Made by a program: the position numbers and the translations under genes. This document shows, piece by piece, positions 10,339-18,337 of a DNA stretch of 64,000 nt. The DNA comes from Phycisphaerales bacterium (GTDB lineage Bacteria > Planctomycetota > Phycisphaerae > Phycisphaerales > SM1A02): contig JAJDDB010000006.1 of the NCBI GenBank assembly GCA_029260575.1, forward strand, positions 19,300 to 83,299, given 5' to 3'. The notes beneath the pieces were generated by a model. The model made no database searches, had not been told where the DNA came from, and saw nothing but the letters and a program-made list of their open reading frames with translations. The first letter of the stretch is position 1. Every line of letters starts with the position of its first letter.

Positions 10339-12090
10339 CTATTCCTCGGCTTCGTAGACCTTCTCTTCGAGTTTGATTGTCTGCTTGATGTTGCGGGTTT
10401 TTTCCGCTTCGTAGCTGATTGTGACATCCGCACCGCTCGTGCCGGTCACAATGAAACGGAACGTGCTGATTGATCGGCTGCCGATGCCGCGCTCGACAAG
10501 CATCCGACCCGGCCGATGTTCAACCGGCGACAACGTCGTATCAAATCGGTCGCCAAGTGTGCCGGATGTCACAACTTCAACGCCCTTGCCCCGAACTGTC
10601 AGAATGTCAGGCGTGCCGATGTCGTTCTGCGCTGCAATGTTCGTGCGAGTTGGAATGATCTTGGTGTTTTCGATCTCGATCGTGATCTGCCAGAGATTTT
10701 TGCTGAGTTTTTTCACTTCGATCCACGGCATTTCAATTGCGGGCATTTCGCCTGCGTGGAACATCGTGAACGCAAAGTTGCGATGGGCTTCTTCTTCAAG
10801 CATGAATGTCGGCGTGTTGCGCGAGGAATACTTGTTGCCGCCGCCGATCAGCACTTTGCCCAGCGTCGGGTGGTCGTATTCGCTGTACTCGGTAAACGTC
10901 TGGCCGAACATCATGCGATCGATCCAGCGCATGCGGGCTTCGGAATCCAACCGTGTGTCATCGCTCTTGGTGATCCACGTATCGGTCCACAACTCGTTGG
11001 TGAAGCTGACAACGCCGAGCTGCTCTGAGGTCCAGTTCACCGTGCCGCCATGCACTGTGTACAGGTCGGCGTAGATAATCATGTAGTCGTAGTACGGCAG
11101 CATTTCTTCACCCGCTGCGCCGAGCAAGTCATACACCGCGCGATCACCACGCGGGTACAGATTTTCGCGGAACTTTGCACCGGGGCCGCGCAGAATCATG
11201 CCGCCGGAGTTGTGGTAGCTCTGCGCCGCAGCGATGTTCGGATGCGCGAGAATGAACTTTCCAATCGCAGCCGTCTCTGGAAAACTGAACGGGAAGTCAC
11301 CCGCGCCGAACTGGATGTAGTTCGGCTGCCAGCCGCCGGGCCAGTTGCGATTCATGTCGTAGCCGCCGGCACCGTCTTCGTTGATCCTGCCGTCGCCGTC
11401 GTTATCGATACCTTCGGAACCGGCGCGTGACAGCTCACCTTTTTCGTCGGGACCGACGCGTTCGATGATGCGCGGGTCTTTGGCGCTGCGCCGATATCTG
11501 CCGTTGGGATCAAACCGCCACATGCTCGTGATGTGGCCGTCGCCATCGAGATCATCCGGGCCGTCCTCATCGAGATCGCCGTCAAAGTCGTTGTCAGTAG
11601 GTCGCTGGCCGGAGCGCTGACTGTGTGGCGTGTTCGGCTCGCGGAACCAGTTGGCTCTGCCGTCGGGATTCACGCTGGGCACGAAATAGAACGCGCAGCG
11701 GTCAATCAGTTCGGTGATATCGTCATTGTTGCCGTACATCTTGGCGAGATACCAGATCGAATACAGCACGACTTCCATAGCCTGCACTTCGTTGCCGTGG
11801 ATGTTTCCATCGATGTACATCGCGGGCTTGTCGGTGTCCTTGCCGGTGTCGGAGTTGTTGAGCGTCATCAGCCACATCTCCCGGCCCTGTTCGGACTGGC
11901 CGAGCGATTGCAGCGACAGCAAATCGGGGTACGCCTTCTCAAGTTGTTTGAGCAGTGCCGTCATTTCCTTGTAGTCGTAAAAGCGGTTCCATGAGATGTC
12001 GACCTTCGACGGGACATGCTTCTGCGCGAATGCGGGACCGCAAAGCAGCGACATTGCCAGAACACCGAGACATACCATTGCACGTTTCAT
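10339..12090 (-). CDS. M14-family zinc carboxypeptidase, secreted
   Basis: Signal peptide MKRAMVCLGVLAMSLLCGPAFA. Has YIDGNIHGNEVQ (HxxE zinc motif), SYHNSGGMILRGP (third His ligand) and VSFTNELW (catalytic Glu). Confidence 0.85.
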   Translation of the reverse strand: MKRAMVCLGVLAMSLLCGPAFAQKHVPSKVDISWNRFYDYKEMTALLKQLEKAYPDLLSLQSLGQSEQGREMWLMTLNNSDTGKDTDKPAMYIDGNIHGNEVQAMEVVLYSIWYLAKMYGNNDDITELIDRCAFYFVPSVNPDGRANWFREPNTPHSQRSGQRPTDNDFDGDLDEDGPDDLDGDGHITSMWRFDPNGRYRRSAKDPRIIERVGPDEKGELSRAGSEGIDNDGDGRINEDGAGGYDMNRNWPGGWQPNYIQFGAGDFPFSFPETAAIGKFILAHPNIAAAQSYHNSGGMILRGPGAKFRENLYPRGDRAVYDLLGAAGEEMLPYYDYMIIYADLYTVHGGTVNWTSEQLGVVSFTNELWTDTWITKSDDTRLDSEARMRWIDRMMFGQTFTEYSEYDHPTLGKVLIGGGNKYSSRNTPTFMLEEEAHRNFAFTMFHAGEMPAIEMPWIEVKKLSKNLWQITIEIENTKIIPTRTNIAAQNDIGTPDILTVRGKGVEVVTSGTLGDRFDTTLSPVEHRPGRMLVERGIGSRSISTFRFIVTGTSGADVTISYEAEKTRNIKQTIKLEEKVYEAEE

Positions 12091-12146
12091 AATCATCATT
12101 CCATCAAGCAATGCGCAGATCTTAAATCCACGCAGGAGTTTCACTT

Positions 12147-14255
12147 TCAGTCTGTTGGGGCAGCTTTAAACGACACGCCCTGTTCGCCGAATTGCCCGTT
12201 GGCTATTTCGATCGACAGCGATGCGCCGTCTTTGACGCGCACGATCCAGTGATGCACAGATCGTCCGCCGCTGCCATCAAGACCCCAGATGCGATCAACA
12301 CGGTTGCCGGTGACAATTTGCTCGACCGGCACGGACATCCGAATAATCGTCGGCTTCATCGTGCGAGCTTTGCGGGCCATTGCGGTCTTGGTCGGCATCG
12401 AACCGTCATTGATCACACCCAGGCGAATCTCGTACAAACCGCTTGCGAGTTTCTTCACCGTCGGACCTTCGACGCGCAGCTTCGGCAGCTTCTCGGTGAG
12501 CTTGACGATGAAATCGGTCTGCGGATTGGCAAGTGCATCAAGCTGATCCGCAGGTGGGTTCATGTTAAAGCCGGGTACGAAACCGCCGATCTCGATGGTT
12601 CCGAATGTCGGGTGTTCGTATTCGGTCCACTCGATAAAGCCGGCGCCGTCGCGCTGCGTATCGGAATACGCCAGCCATGCAGCTGCGTTTTCATCAGATG
12701 CCTTGATCTTGCCCTTGTCTTTCTTTTCCCCCTGCGGCGCATCGTCGCTGCCGCCTGCATCATTGCTGGAAACGCGCGAGCCTGTCAGGTCGGTCGCGTT
12801 GCCATCGGGGCCGGTGACGGTGCCGGTCATTTCATCACCTTCAATCATCAGCGCAAGCGGGATGGTGATCTCCGGGCTGAACTCTGCGCTGAGTGACAGC
12901 GCGCCGCTTCCGGGCGCGAACGAACCGGTGAGTGTTGCCGTTCCCATCATCATGTCCATAGAACCGGTGACCGAATCATCATCAGCGCGTTCGAGCGTGA
13001 GCGTCAGATCCATATCGCCCATTTCAGGAATGGTGATGTTTGCGGTCCAGACACCACTGACGGGATCAACGTCGGATGCTGGCGCTGCATCAGTTTCGGA
13101 TGTTTCTGCATCACCGTTGCCGTCTACTTCTTCATCTTCGTCTTCGCCGTTTTCGTCCGTTTGTTTCTTGGCAGGATCAGGCCGGCCCCAGACGGTGGTT
13201 GCGAAACTCGGGATGCCGCGCTGGGCGTACAGCCAGGCGTGGAAACTGCCCGCAGTATCGTTTTTCTCAGCGCGCTTCTGGCCGGTGGTTTCGGTGTACA
13301 ACGTGCCGATCTGTTCGTACAGGTTGGCATCGCCGCTGTCGATGACCTTGGGCCCCCTGCCTGACACATCCTTGCCCTTGGAATCGGGTTTGTTGATGAG
13401 GTTGTCATGCCTGCCGTACACCACAGCCGCAACGATGTTTTCGTGTTCGATGACGAATGTCGCCAGCGCCATTGCTTCGGGTTCTGACAATGGGTATGCG
13501 CCGGAATCACGTGCGAAGGCCGGCCACTCGTGCATGAAATTGCGGTCGAGATCGACTGACCCGTCGCCGTCTTCTGCGATCTTCCCATCGTCGTCCGAAT
13601 CAACGCCTTCGATGTAGACCGAATACATTGCGGTCTCGCCTTCCCTGGCATCCGGTTTCTTCAGCAATCGCGGCTCAACGGGGTCGGCGATGAATTCGGC
13701 GCGATCATCGAGCGGCGGGTTCGGGCGACGCATTTGTGTGATGACGCCGTCGCCGTTGAGATCGCTCGGCCCGTTTTCGTTCATCATCGCATCGCGGTCA
13801 GCATCGACGTCCGTCAACGTGCCGATGTAGCCAGCGTTGACTTCGCCGAAGTTGATTTCGGTTCCGTCGGGGTTCACGCGGGGGATTATGTAGAACGTCA
13901 GCTCGTCCAGCAGATCGCTGTGTTCGCTGAGCAGTCGGCTGGCAACGCGGATTGCCGTTTCCGTGCCAACCATATGCCGACCGTCCAGACCCGCAACGAT
14001 CAGGATCGCGGGGTTTTCATCGGCGGCGTCAGGATCGCTCGCCAGTGTGAGCGCGCGAATCTCCCGGCCGCTGCCGGTCTCGCCGATGGTTGCAACCCGG
14101 CAGACGGCGCTGCCCTGGGCCAGCTCGCTGATCGCATCAACCAGCGCATCGTTGTTCATGTAGCCGTCATAGGGACCGGCTCCGTGAGAAGTCGTACCGC
14201 ACAGCAGCACCGTGGCCGCTGCCATCAAACATAATCGTCTCATGGCTGGATTCAT
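12147..14255 (-). CDS. M14-like carboxypeptidase paralog with displaced or lost catalytic residues and an inserted domain of about 160 aa
   Basis: Signal peptide present. Collinear with the downstream paralog (PRVNPDG, DLNGDGVITQMR, DGSVDLDRNF, EWTEYEHPTFGTIEIGG). Differs in having GLDGRHMVGTE instead of HxxE, VYGRHDN instead of SYHNSG, and FATTVW instead of FTNELW. Confidence 0.75.
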   Translation of the reverse strand: MNPAMRRLCLMAAATVLLCGTTSHGAGPYDGYMNNDALVDAISELAQGSAVCRVATIGETGSGREIRALTLASDPDAADENPAILIVAGLDGRHMVGTETAIRVASRLLSEHSDLLDELTFYIIPRVNPDGTEINFGEVNAGYIGTLTDVDADRDAMMNENGPSDLNGDGVITQMRRPNPPLDDRAEFIADPVEPRLLKKPDAREGETAMYSVYIEGVDSDDDGKIAEDGDGSVDLDRNFMHEWPAFARDSGAYPLSEPEAMALATFVIEHENIVAAVVYGRHDNLINKPDSKGKDVSGRGPKVIDSGDANLYEQIGTLYTETTGQKRAEKNDTAGSFHAWLYAQRGIPSFATTVWGRPDPAKKQTDENGEDEDEEVDGNGDAETSETDAAPASDVDPVSGVWTANITIPEMGDMDLTLTLERADDDSVTGSMDMMMGTATLTGSFAPGSGALSLSAEFSPEITIPLALMIEGDEMTGTVTGPDGNATDLTGSRVSSNDAGGSDDAPQGEKKDKGKIKASDENAAAWLAYSDTQRDGAGFIEWTEYEHPTFGTIEIGGFVPGFNMNPPADQLDALANPQTDFIVKLTEKLPKLRVEGPTVKKLASGLYEIRLGVINDGSMPTKTAMARKARTMKPTIIRMSVPVEQIVTGNRVDRIWGLDGSGGRSVHHWIVRVKDGASLSIEIANGQFGEQGVSFKAAPTD

Positions 14256-14407
14256 CCGCCTTGCCTGTTTTCACATTGCGAAATGCGCGCGAACGCCGCG
14301 CCCACACGTCGCCCGACTGTACCGGCTCGATCGGCTGTGGTGTCGAAGAATCCAGATTGTTTGCCCTGCGACGCGCTATATCGAACGGTGGGGATACAAT
14401 CGGGCTT

Positions 14408-15868
14408 ATGCCCCTGCCGCAGATTGCCATTGTCGGCCGACCAAACGTCGGCAAGTCCAGCTTGCTGAACAAGCTGGCTCGTCGCCGCGTTTCGATCGTC
14501 GATCCCACGCCGGGCGTCACGCGCGATCGTGTTTCGGTCCTGCTGGAGCTTGACCCCCCTGTCGAAGAGCCCGGCGAGCTGCCAACGCGGCTGGTCGATC
14601 TGATCGACACCGGCGGGTTCGGCGTCTACACCGCAGAAGGCGGCAGGTACAACGAGATCGGCGAAGACCTTGCCAAACTGACCCCTGACATCGAACAGCA
14701 GATTGCTGTGGCGCGCACCGGTGCTGCGATCGTCTTGCTGGTGATTGATGCGCAGACCGGCATAACAACGCTGGATGAAACGGTTGCCAATCTGCTTCGC
14801 AAGGACGGCGCAGCCGATCGCGTTCTGGTCGTCGCCAATAAAGTTGACAGTGAAGAATGGATTCCGCACGGCCTGGAAGCATCTGGTCTTGGGCTGGGTG
14901 AACCTGTCTGCGTCAGCACGACAAGCAGTATGGGGATGCGCGATCTGCTTGATGAAATGTATCGGCGGGTCGAAGCCCAGCCGGACACGTTGAATGAGCA
15001 GCCGAACGATCCCGAACTCAAACTCGCAATCATCGGCAAGCGCAATGCAGGCAAGAGCACGTTGATCAATGCGCTGGCGGGCGAACCACGTGTGATTGTG
15101 TCGGAGATTGCGGGTACGACGCGCGATTCAGTAGATGTGCGCTTCGAAATGGAAGGCCGGTCGATGGTGGCCATTGACACAGCCGGCGTGCGCAAGCGCA
15201 AGTCAATGGCGGATGACATCGAGTATTACGCGTACCACCGGATGCTTGGTTCGATTCGCCGGGCCGATGTTGCTGTGTTGCTGCTTGACGCAACGCATGA
15301 TGTATCGCAGGTGGACAAGAAGCTGTCACAGGAACTGCAACGACAGTACAAGCCGACTGTCATCGTGGTCAATAAGTGGGATCTCGTTGCGGATCGATTG
15401 AATCCGGATGATTACCTGGAGTATCTCACGCAGGAACTGCGTGGCCTTGACTATGCGCCGATAGTGTTCATTAGCGCCCATGAAGGCGAAGGGTTGAATG
15501 ATGTCGTTGCGATGGCGTTCAACCTGCTGAAACAGGCCCGGCATCGCGTGTCGACGTCGAAGCTGAACACCGTCATTGAAGAGATTCTCGATCTGCGTGG
15601 CCCGTCGTCACGGCTGGGCACGCAAGCCAAGGTGTTATACGTCAGCCAGATTGATATTCAGCCGCCGTCGATCATGATGGTCGTGAACGATCCAAAGTTG
15701 TTTGAGGGTCGCTACGAACGATTCCTGATGAATCGATTGCGTGAAGCGCTGCCGTACAGCGAGGTCCCGATCCGTGTGATCTTCAGCAAGCGCAGCCGCA
15801 TGTCGCTTGTTGACATGAAACAACGCGGCAGAAGTCGCGGGCGATCGAAAGAGCGATCGCGGCGGTAG
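14408..15868 (+). CDS. der: ribosome-associated GTPase Der/EngA (two GTPase domains plus KH-like domain)
   Basis: First P-loop IAIVGRPNVGKSSLLN, DTGG, NKVD. Second P-loop LAIIGKRNAGKSTLIN, DTAG, NKWD. ATG at 14408 chosen over the track start at 14261. Confidence 0.9.
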   Translation: MPLPQIAIVGRPNVGKSSLLNKLARRRVSIVDPTPGVTRDRVSVLLELDPPVEEPGELPTRLVDLIDTGGFGVYTAEGGRYNEIGEDLAKLTPDIEQQIAVARTGAAIVLLVIDAQTGITTLDETVANLLRKDGAADRVLVVANKVDSEEWIPHGLEASGLGLGEPVCVSTTSSMGMRDLLDEMYRRVEAQPDTLNEQPNDPELKLAIIGKRNAGKSTLINALAGEPRVIVSEIAGTTRDSVDVRFEMEGRSMVAIDTAGVRKRKSMADDIEYYAYHRMLGSIRRADVAVLLLDATHDVSQVDKKLSQELQRQYKPTVIVVNKWDLVADRLNPDDYLEYLTQELRGLDYAPIVFISAHEGEGLNDVVAMAFNLLKQARHRVSTSKLNTVIEEILDLRGPSSRLGTQAKVLYVSQIDIQPPSIMMVVNDPKLFEGRYERFLMNRLREALPYSEVPIRVIFSKRSRMSLVDMKQRGRSRGRSKERSRR

Positions 15869-15901
15869 GTTGTAGACGGCGAACAATGATCCGCCCCTTC
15901 A

Positions 15902-16003
15902 ATTATCCGCCCCTTCGAAGACTCAGGGGCGGCTTCTGTGTACGTGATCAGGCTTGAATCGTTCGGAAGCCGCTCCTGAGCGCAGCGAAGGGGCGGGTAT
16001 CGC
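15902..16003 (+). repeat. REP doublet (REPIN-like) copy A, immediately 3' of the RAYT pseudogene
   Basis: About 102 bp. attatccgccccttcgaagactcaggggcggcttctgtg..ggcttgaatcgttcggaagccgctcctgagcgcagcgaaggggcgggtatcgc is near-identical to 16556-16657. The two arms are an inverted pair of the same GC-rich hairpin. A 10 nt partial copy (ccgccccttc) sits at 15891-15900. Confidence 0.85.
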
Positions 16004-16010
16004 AATCACA

Positions 16011-16537
16011 TCAATGCCGCTCTTCGTCATTCGGATTGATCCACACCCACGCCCCTTCCTTGTCTGCATGTTCAGCTATGTACCTGCGCACGTTCGCTGC
16101 ATGATTCGCATCTCGAACTTCGATGATCTTCGCGCCTTTGCCCATATCTTTCCCGGCTGGTTCTTCAATCGCAATGATGCAAACTGTTTGGCGCGACCGA
16201 TTTCCTTCACTGCATCGTCGGCGCATGATTCATACAACCCATGTACATGCGTCGGCCCACACGAGAGACAGTGCACTTGAACTTCAATCGCGCGCAGTTT
16301 TTCAAGAATCGCGTTGCCAACGGATTTCTGATCGCACATGCCAAGAGTGACCACGTCACGTTTCATCGCCAGCTTCACCGAGGTATACAGACCGCGATGC
16401 TCATCCGCAGGCGGGGGATTCTTGTAATCACCGCTGGAATGGGTCTTGTGGTCGCGGCTGCGCCAGCCACGTGGGTCGCCGGGCAGCCACTGGCCGTAGT
16501 AGTGGCAGATGACATGAAGAAGCCGCGCGCAGGGCAT
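16011..16537 (-). pseudogene. REP-associated tyrosine transposase (RAYT, IS200/Y1 HUH family), frameshifted
   Basis: The frame of ORF 16076-16537 carries the HUH motif (GPTHVHGLY). The C-terminal catalytic-Tyr segment (AKIIEVRDANHAANVRRYIAEH...) is in the frame of ORF 16011-16226. The frames meet near 16126-16146 (GKIWAK|GAKIIEV). Compare E. coli RayT ...IWQPRFWEHAIRNTKDYRHHVDYIYINP. Confidence 0.7.
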
Positions 16538-16555
16538 GTGTGAAATCGTAACGTC

Positions 16556-16657
16556 ATTATCCGCCCCTTCGAAGACTCAGGGGCGGCTTCTGTGTTGGTG
16601 ATTAGGCTTGAATCGTTCGGAAGCCGCTCCTGAGCGCAGCGAAGGGGCGGGTATCGC
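16556..16657 (+). repeat. REP doublet (REPIN-like) copy B, 5' of the RAYT pseudogene
   Basis: Same orientation as copy A and near-identical to it. The few mismatches lie in the spacer (tgtgttggtgattagg versus tgtgtacgtgatcagg). Confidence 0.85.
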
Positions 16658-16827
16658 TGTACACACCTCTTCCGTTACAATACCCGCACTATTGCGTTTG
16701 GAGCCGTGTGCCACGCCAGGGGGCTACGGTCGTAAAAACCCAACCTGGTGACAGTTTGATGTGATTCGCCGGCTGTGCCGATTGCTTGTAACGCGCACGC
16801 AGGACGACTGCGCAATAGGAAACCCGA

Positions 16828-18243
16828 ATGTCTATCACCCCATTGCCGGTCTTCGAGGCCGATGCTGACCCGAGGCATCGAACCGCCCGTACAGATCAGG
16901 AAATATACGAAGCGCTCGAAGCACCGACATCCATTGTGGTCCGCTTCGGCGCGATGAAACTCGTCGGTGAATATCCATATGACGGCGAGGCCAAACCCGG
17001 GTGCGGCTCGAAACTCGTCATCCGCACACATCGCGGCACTGAGATCGGCGAGATGCTCACAAGCACCTGCCCCAATGCAGGTTGCTCCAAGAGCGTCACC
17101 CGCCAGGAGATGCTCGACTACATAGAAAACTCCGGCGGGCACGATTATCCGTTCCACACAAACGGACGCATCCTCCGCATTGCCAGCATCGATGAACTCA
17201 ACGCGCAATCCGCGCTCGACAGCACCCGCCAGGAAGCGGTCAAAGTCTGCAAAGCGAAGATTCAAGAGCTTGACTTGTCCATGAAGCTGGTGGAAGCCGA
17301 ACCGATCCTCGGCGGTGAGTTGATGACGTTCTACTACATGTCTGAAGAGCGCGTGGACTTTCGCGAGCTTGTCAAACAACTGGCATCGCAATTCAAGACG
17401 CGGATAGAAATGCGACAGGTCGGCGCCCGTGATGAAGCTCGGCTTGTCGCAGATTACGAACGCTGCGGCCAGCACTGCTGCTGCAAGAATTTCCTGAAGG
17501 TGCTCAAGCCGGTGTCGATGAGTGCAGCCAAACGCCAGAAAGCGACGCTGGAGCCGTTGAAGATTTCCGGGCGCTGCGGGCGGTTGATGTGTTGTCTGCG
17601 CTATGAAGATCAGACTTATAAGGAATTGAAGAACAACCTTCCCCGCCGAAAGACACGCGTCGGCACAAGTGAAGGTCCGGGCATTGTTCTTGACACGAAA
17701 GTGCTCGTGCAGTTGGTGCTCGTGCGTCTGGAAGACGACGGGCGAGACATTGCAGTACCCGTTGAAGAACTTATGGACCCGGATCAGTGCCCGCCGCCGG
17801 GTGCTGCCAAGCCCGAGCCCGACCCGCTTCGAGGTCTGGATGCCAAACAGGCGGAGCAGCACACCGACGACCGCAAACGCACAAAGCGCAGTCGTGGTGA
17901 ACAACAGGACAGTTTTCGCAGCACATCGCAGCAGGCTGAATCCAAGCAGTCCGAAGAGCAAACCGAGCAGCGGCCCGGCGAAGCTGGTGAGAAAAAGACC
18001 GGCAGGCGGCGCGGCGGCAAACGCAGGCGGCGGCGCGGAAAAAACCAGGACAATGCCGCGCAGCAGAATCCCCAGTCGCAGGCTGAGAAGCCCCAGGCTT
18101 CGCAGCCGGACGGGACTACCGGTGGGGGCGACGGTGAAAAGAAAACCGGCGGCGGACGGCGACGGCGCGGCGGGCGGCGGCGAAGACGCGGTCAACGAGG
18201 TGGCGGCGGCTCCGAGGGCGGCTCACAATCCGAATCCGGATGA
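16828..18243 (+). CDS. PSP1 domain protein (YaaT/RicT-like) with a long basic low-complexity C-terminal tail
   Basis: Reads FYYMSEERVDFRELVKQLASQFKTRIEMRQVGARDEA...CGRLMCCLRYE (PSP1 C-terminal domain with a Cys cluster). The tail from about aa 320 is rich in K/R/G/Q/E (GRRRGGKRRRRRGKNQ..GGGRRRRGGRRRRRGQRGGGG). Confidence 0.85.
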   Translation: MSITPLPVFEADADPRHRTARTDQEIYEALEAPTSIVVRFGAMKLVGEYPYDGEAKPGCGSKLVIRTHRGTEIGEMLTSTCPNAGCSKSVTRQEMLDYIENSGGHDYPFHTNGRILRIASIDELNAQSALDSTRQEAVKVCKAKIQELDLSMKLVEAEPILGGELMTFYYMSEERVDFRELVKQLASQFKTRIEMRQVGARDEARLVADYERCGQHCCCKNFLKVLKPVSMSAAKRQKATLEPLKISGRCGRLMCCLRYEDQTYKELKNNLPRRKTRVGTSEGPGIVLDTKVLVQLVLVRLEDDGRDIAVPVEELMDPDQCPPPGAAKPEPDPLRGLDAKQAEQHTDDRKRTKRSRGEQQDSFRSTSQQAESKQSEEQTEQRPGEAGEKKTGRRRGGKRRRRRGKNQDNAAQQNPQSQAEKPQASQPDGTTGGGDGEKKTGGGRRRRGGRRRRRGQRGGGGSEGGSQSESG

Positions 18244-18337
18244 TTTCCCAACGATTGAACACCGCCGAAACAGCGAACGTAGTTTGGAGTAGGATCACCA
18301 GCCCGGCCGATCACTTCCGGCGCAGCATTCAATCAAT

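Noticed and set aside
12562-13617. 351 aa Ser/Pro-rich plus-strand ORF (also 12192-12896 and 13734-14234)
   Set aside because: They are antisense to the M14-like gene. The Ser-rich composition reflects the Asp/Glu/Gly-rich insert on the true strand.
16675-18195. 506 aa ORF on the minus strand, the longest ORF in this part of the track
   Set aside because: It is entirely antisense to the PSP1 gene, whose product has clear family motifs. Its own translation is low-complexity (Ala/Pro/Leu/Gly runs mirroring the K/R/G tail). This is a typical GC-rich antisense artefact.
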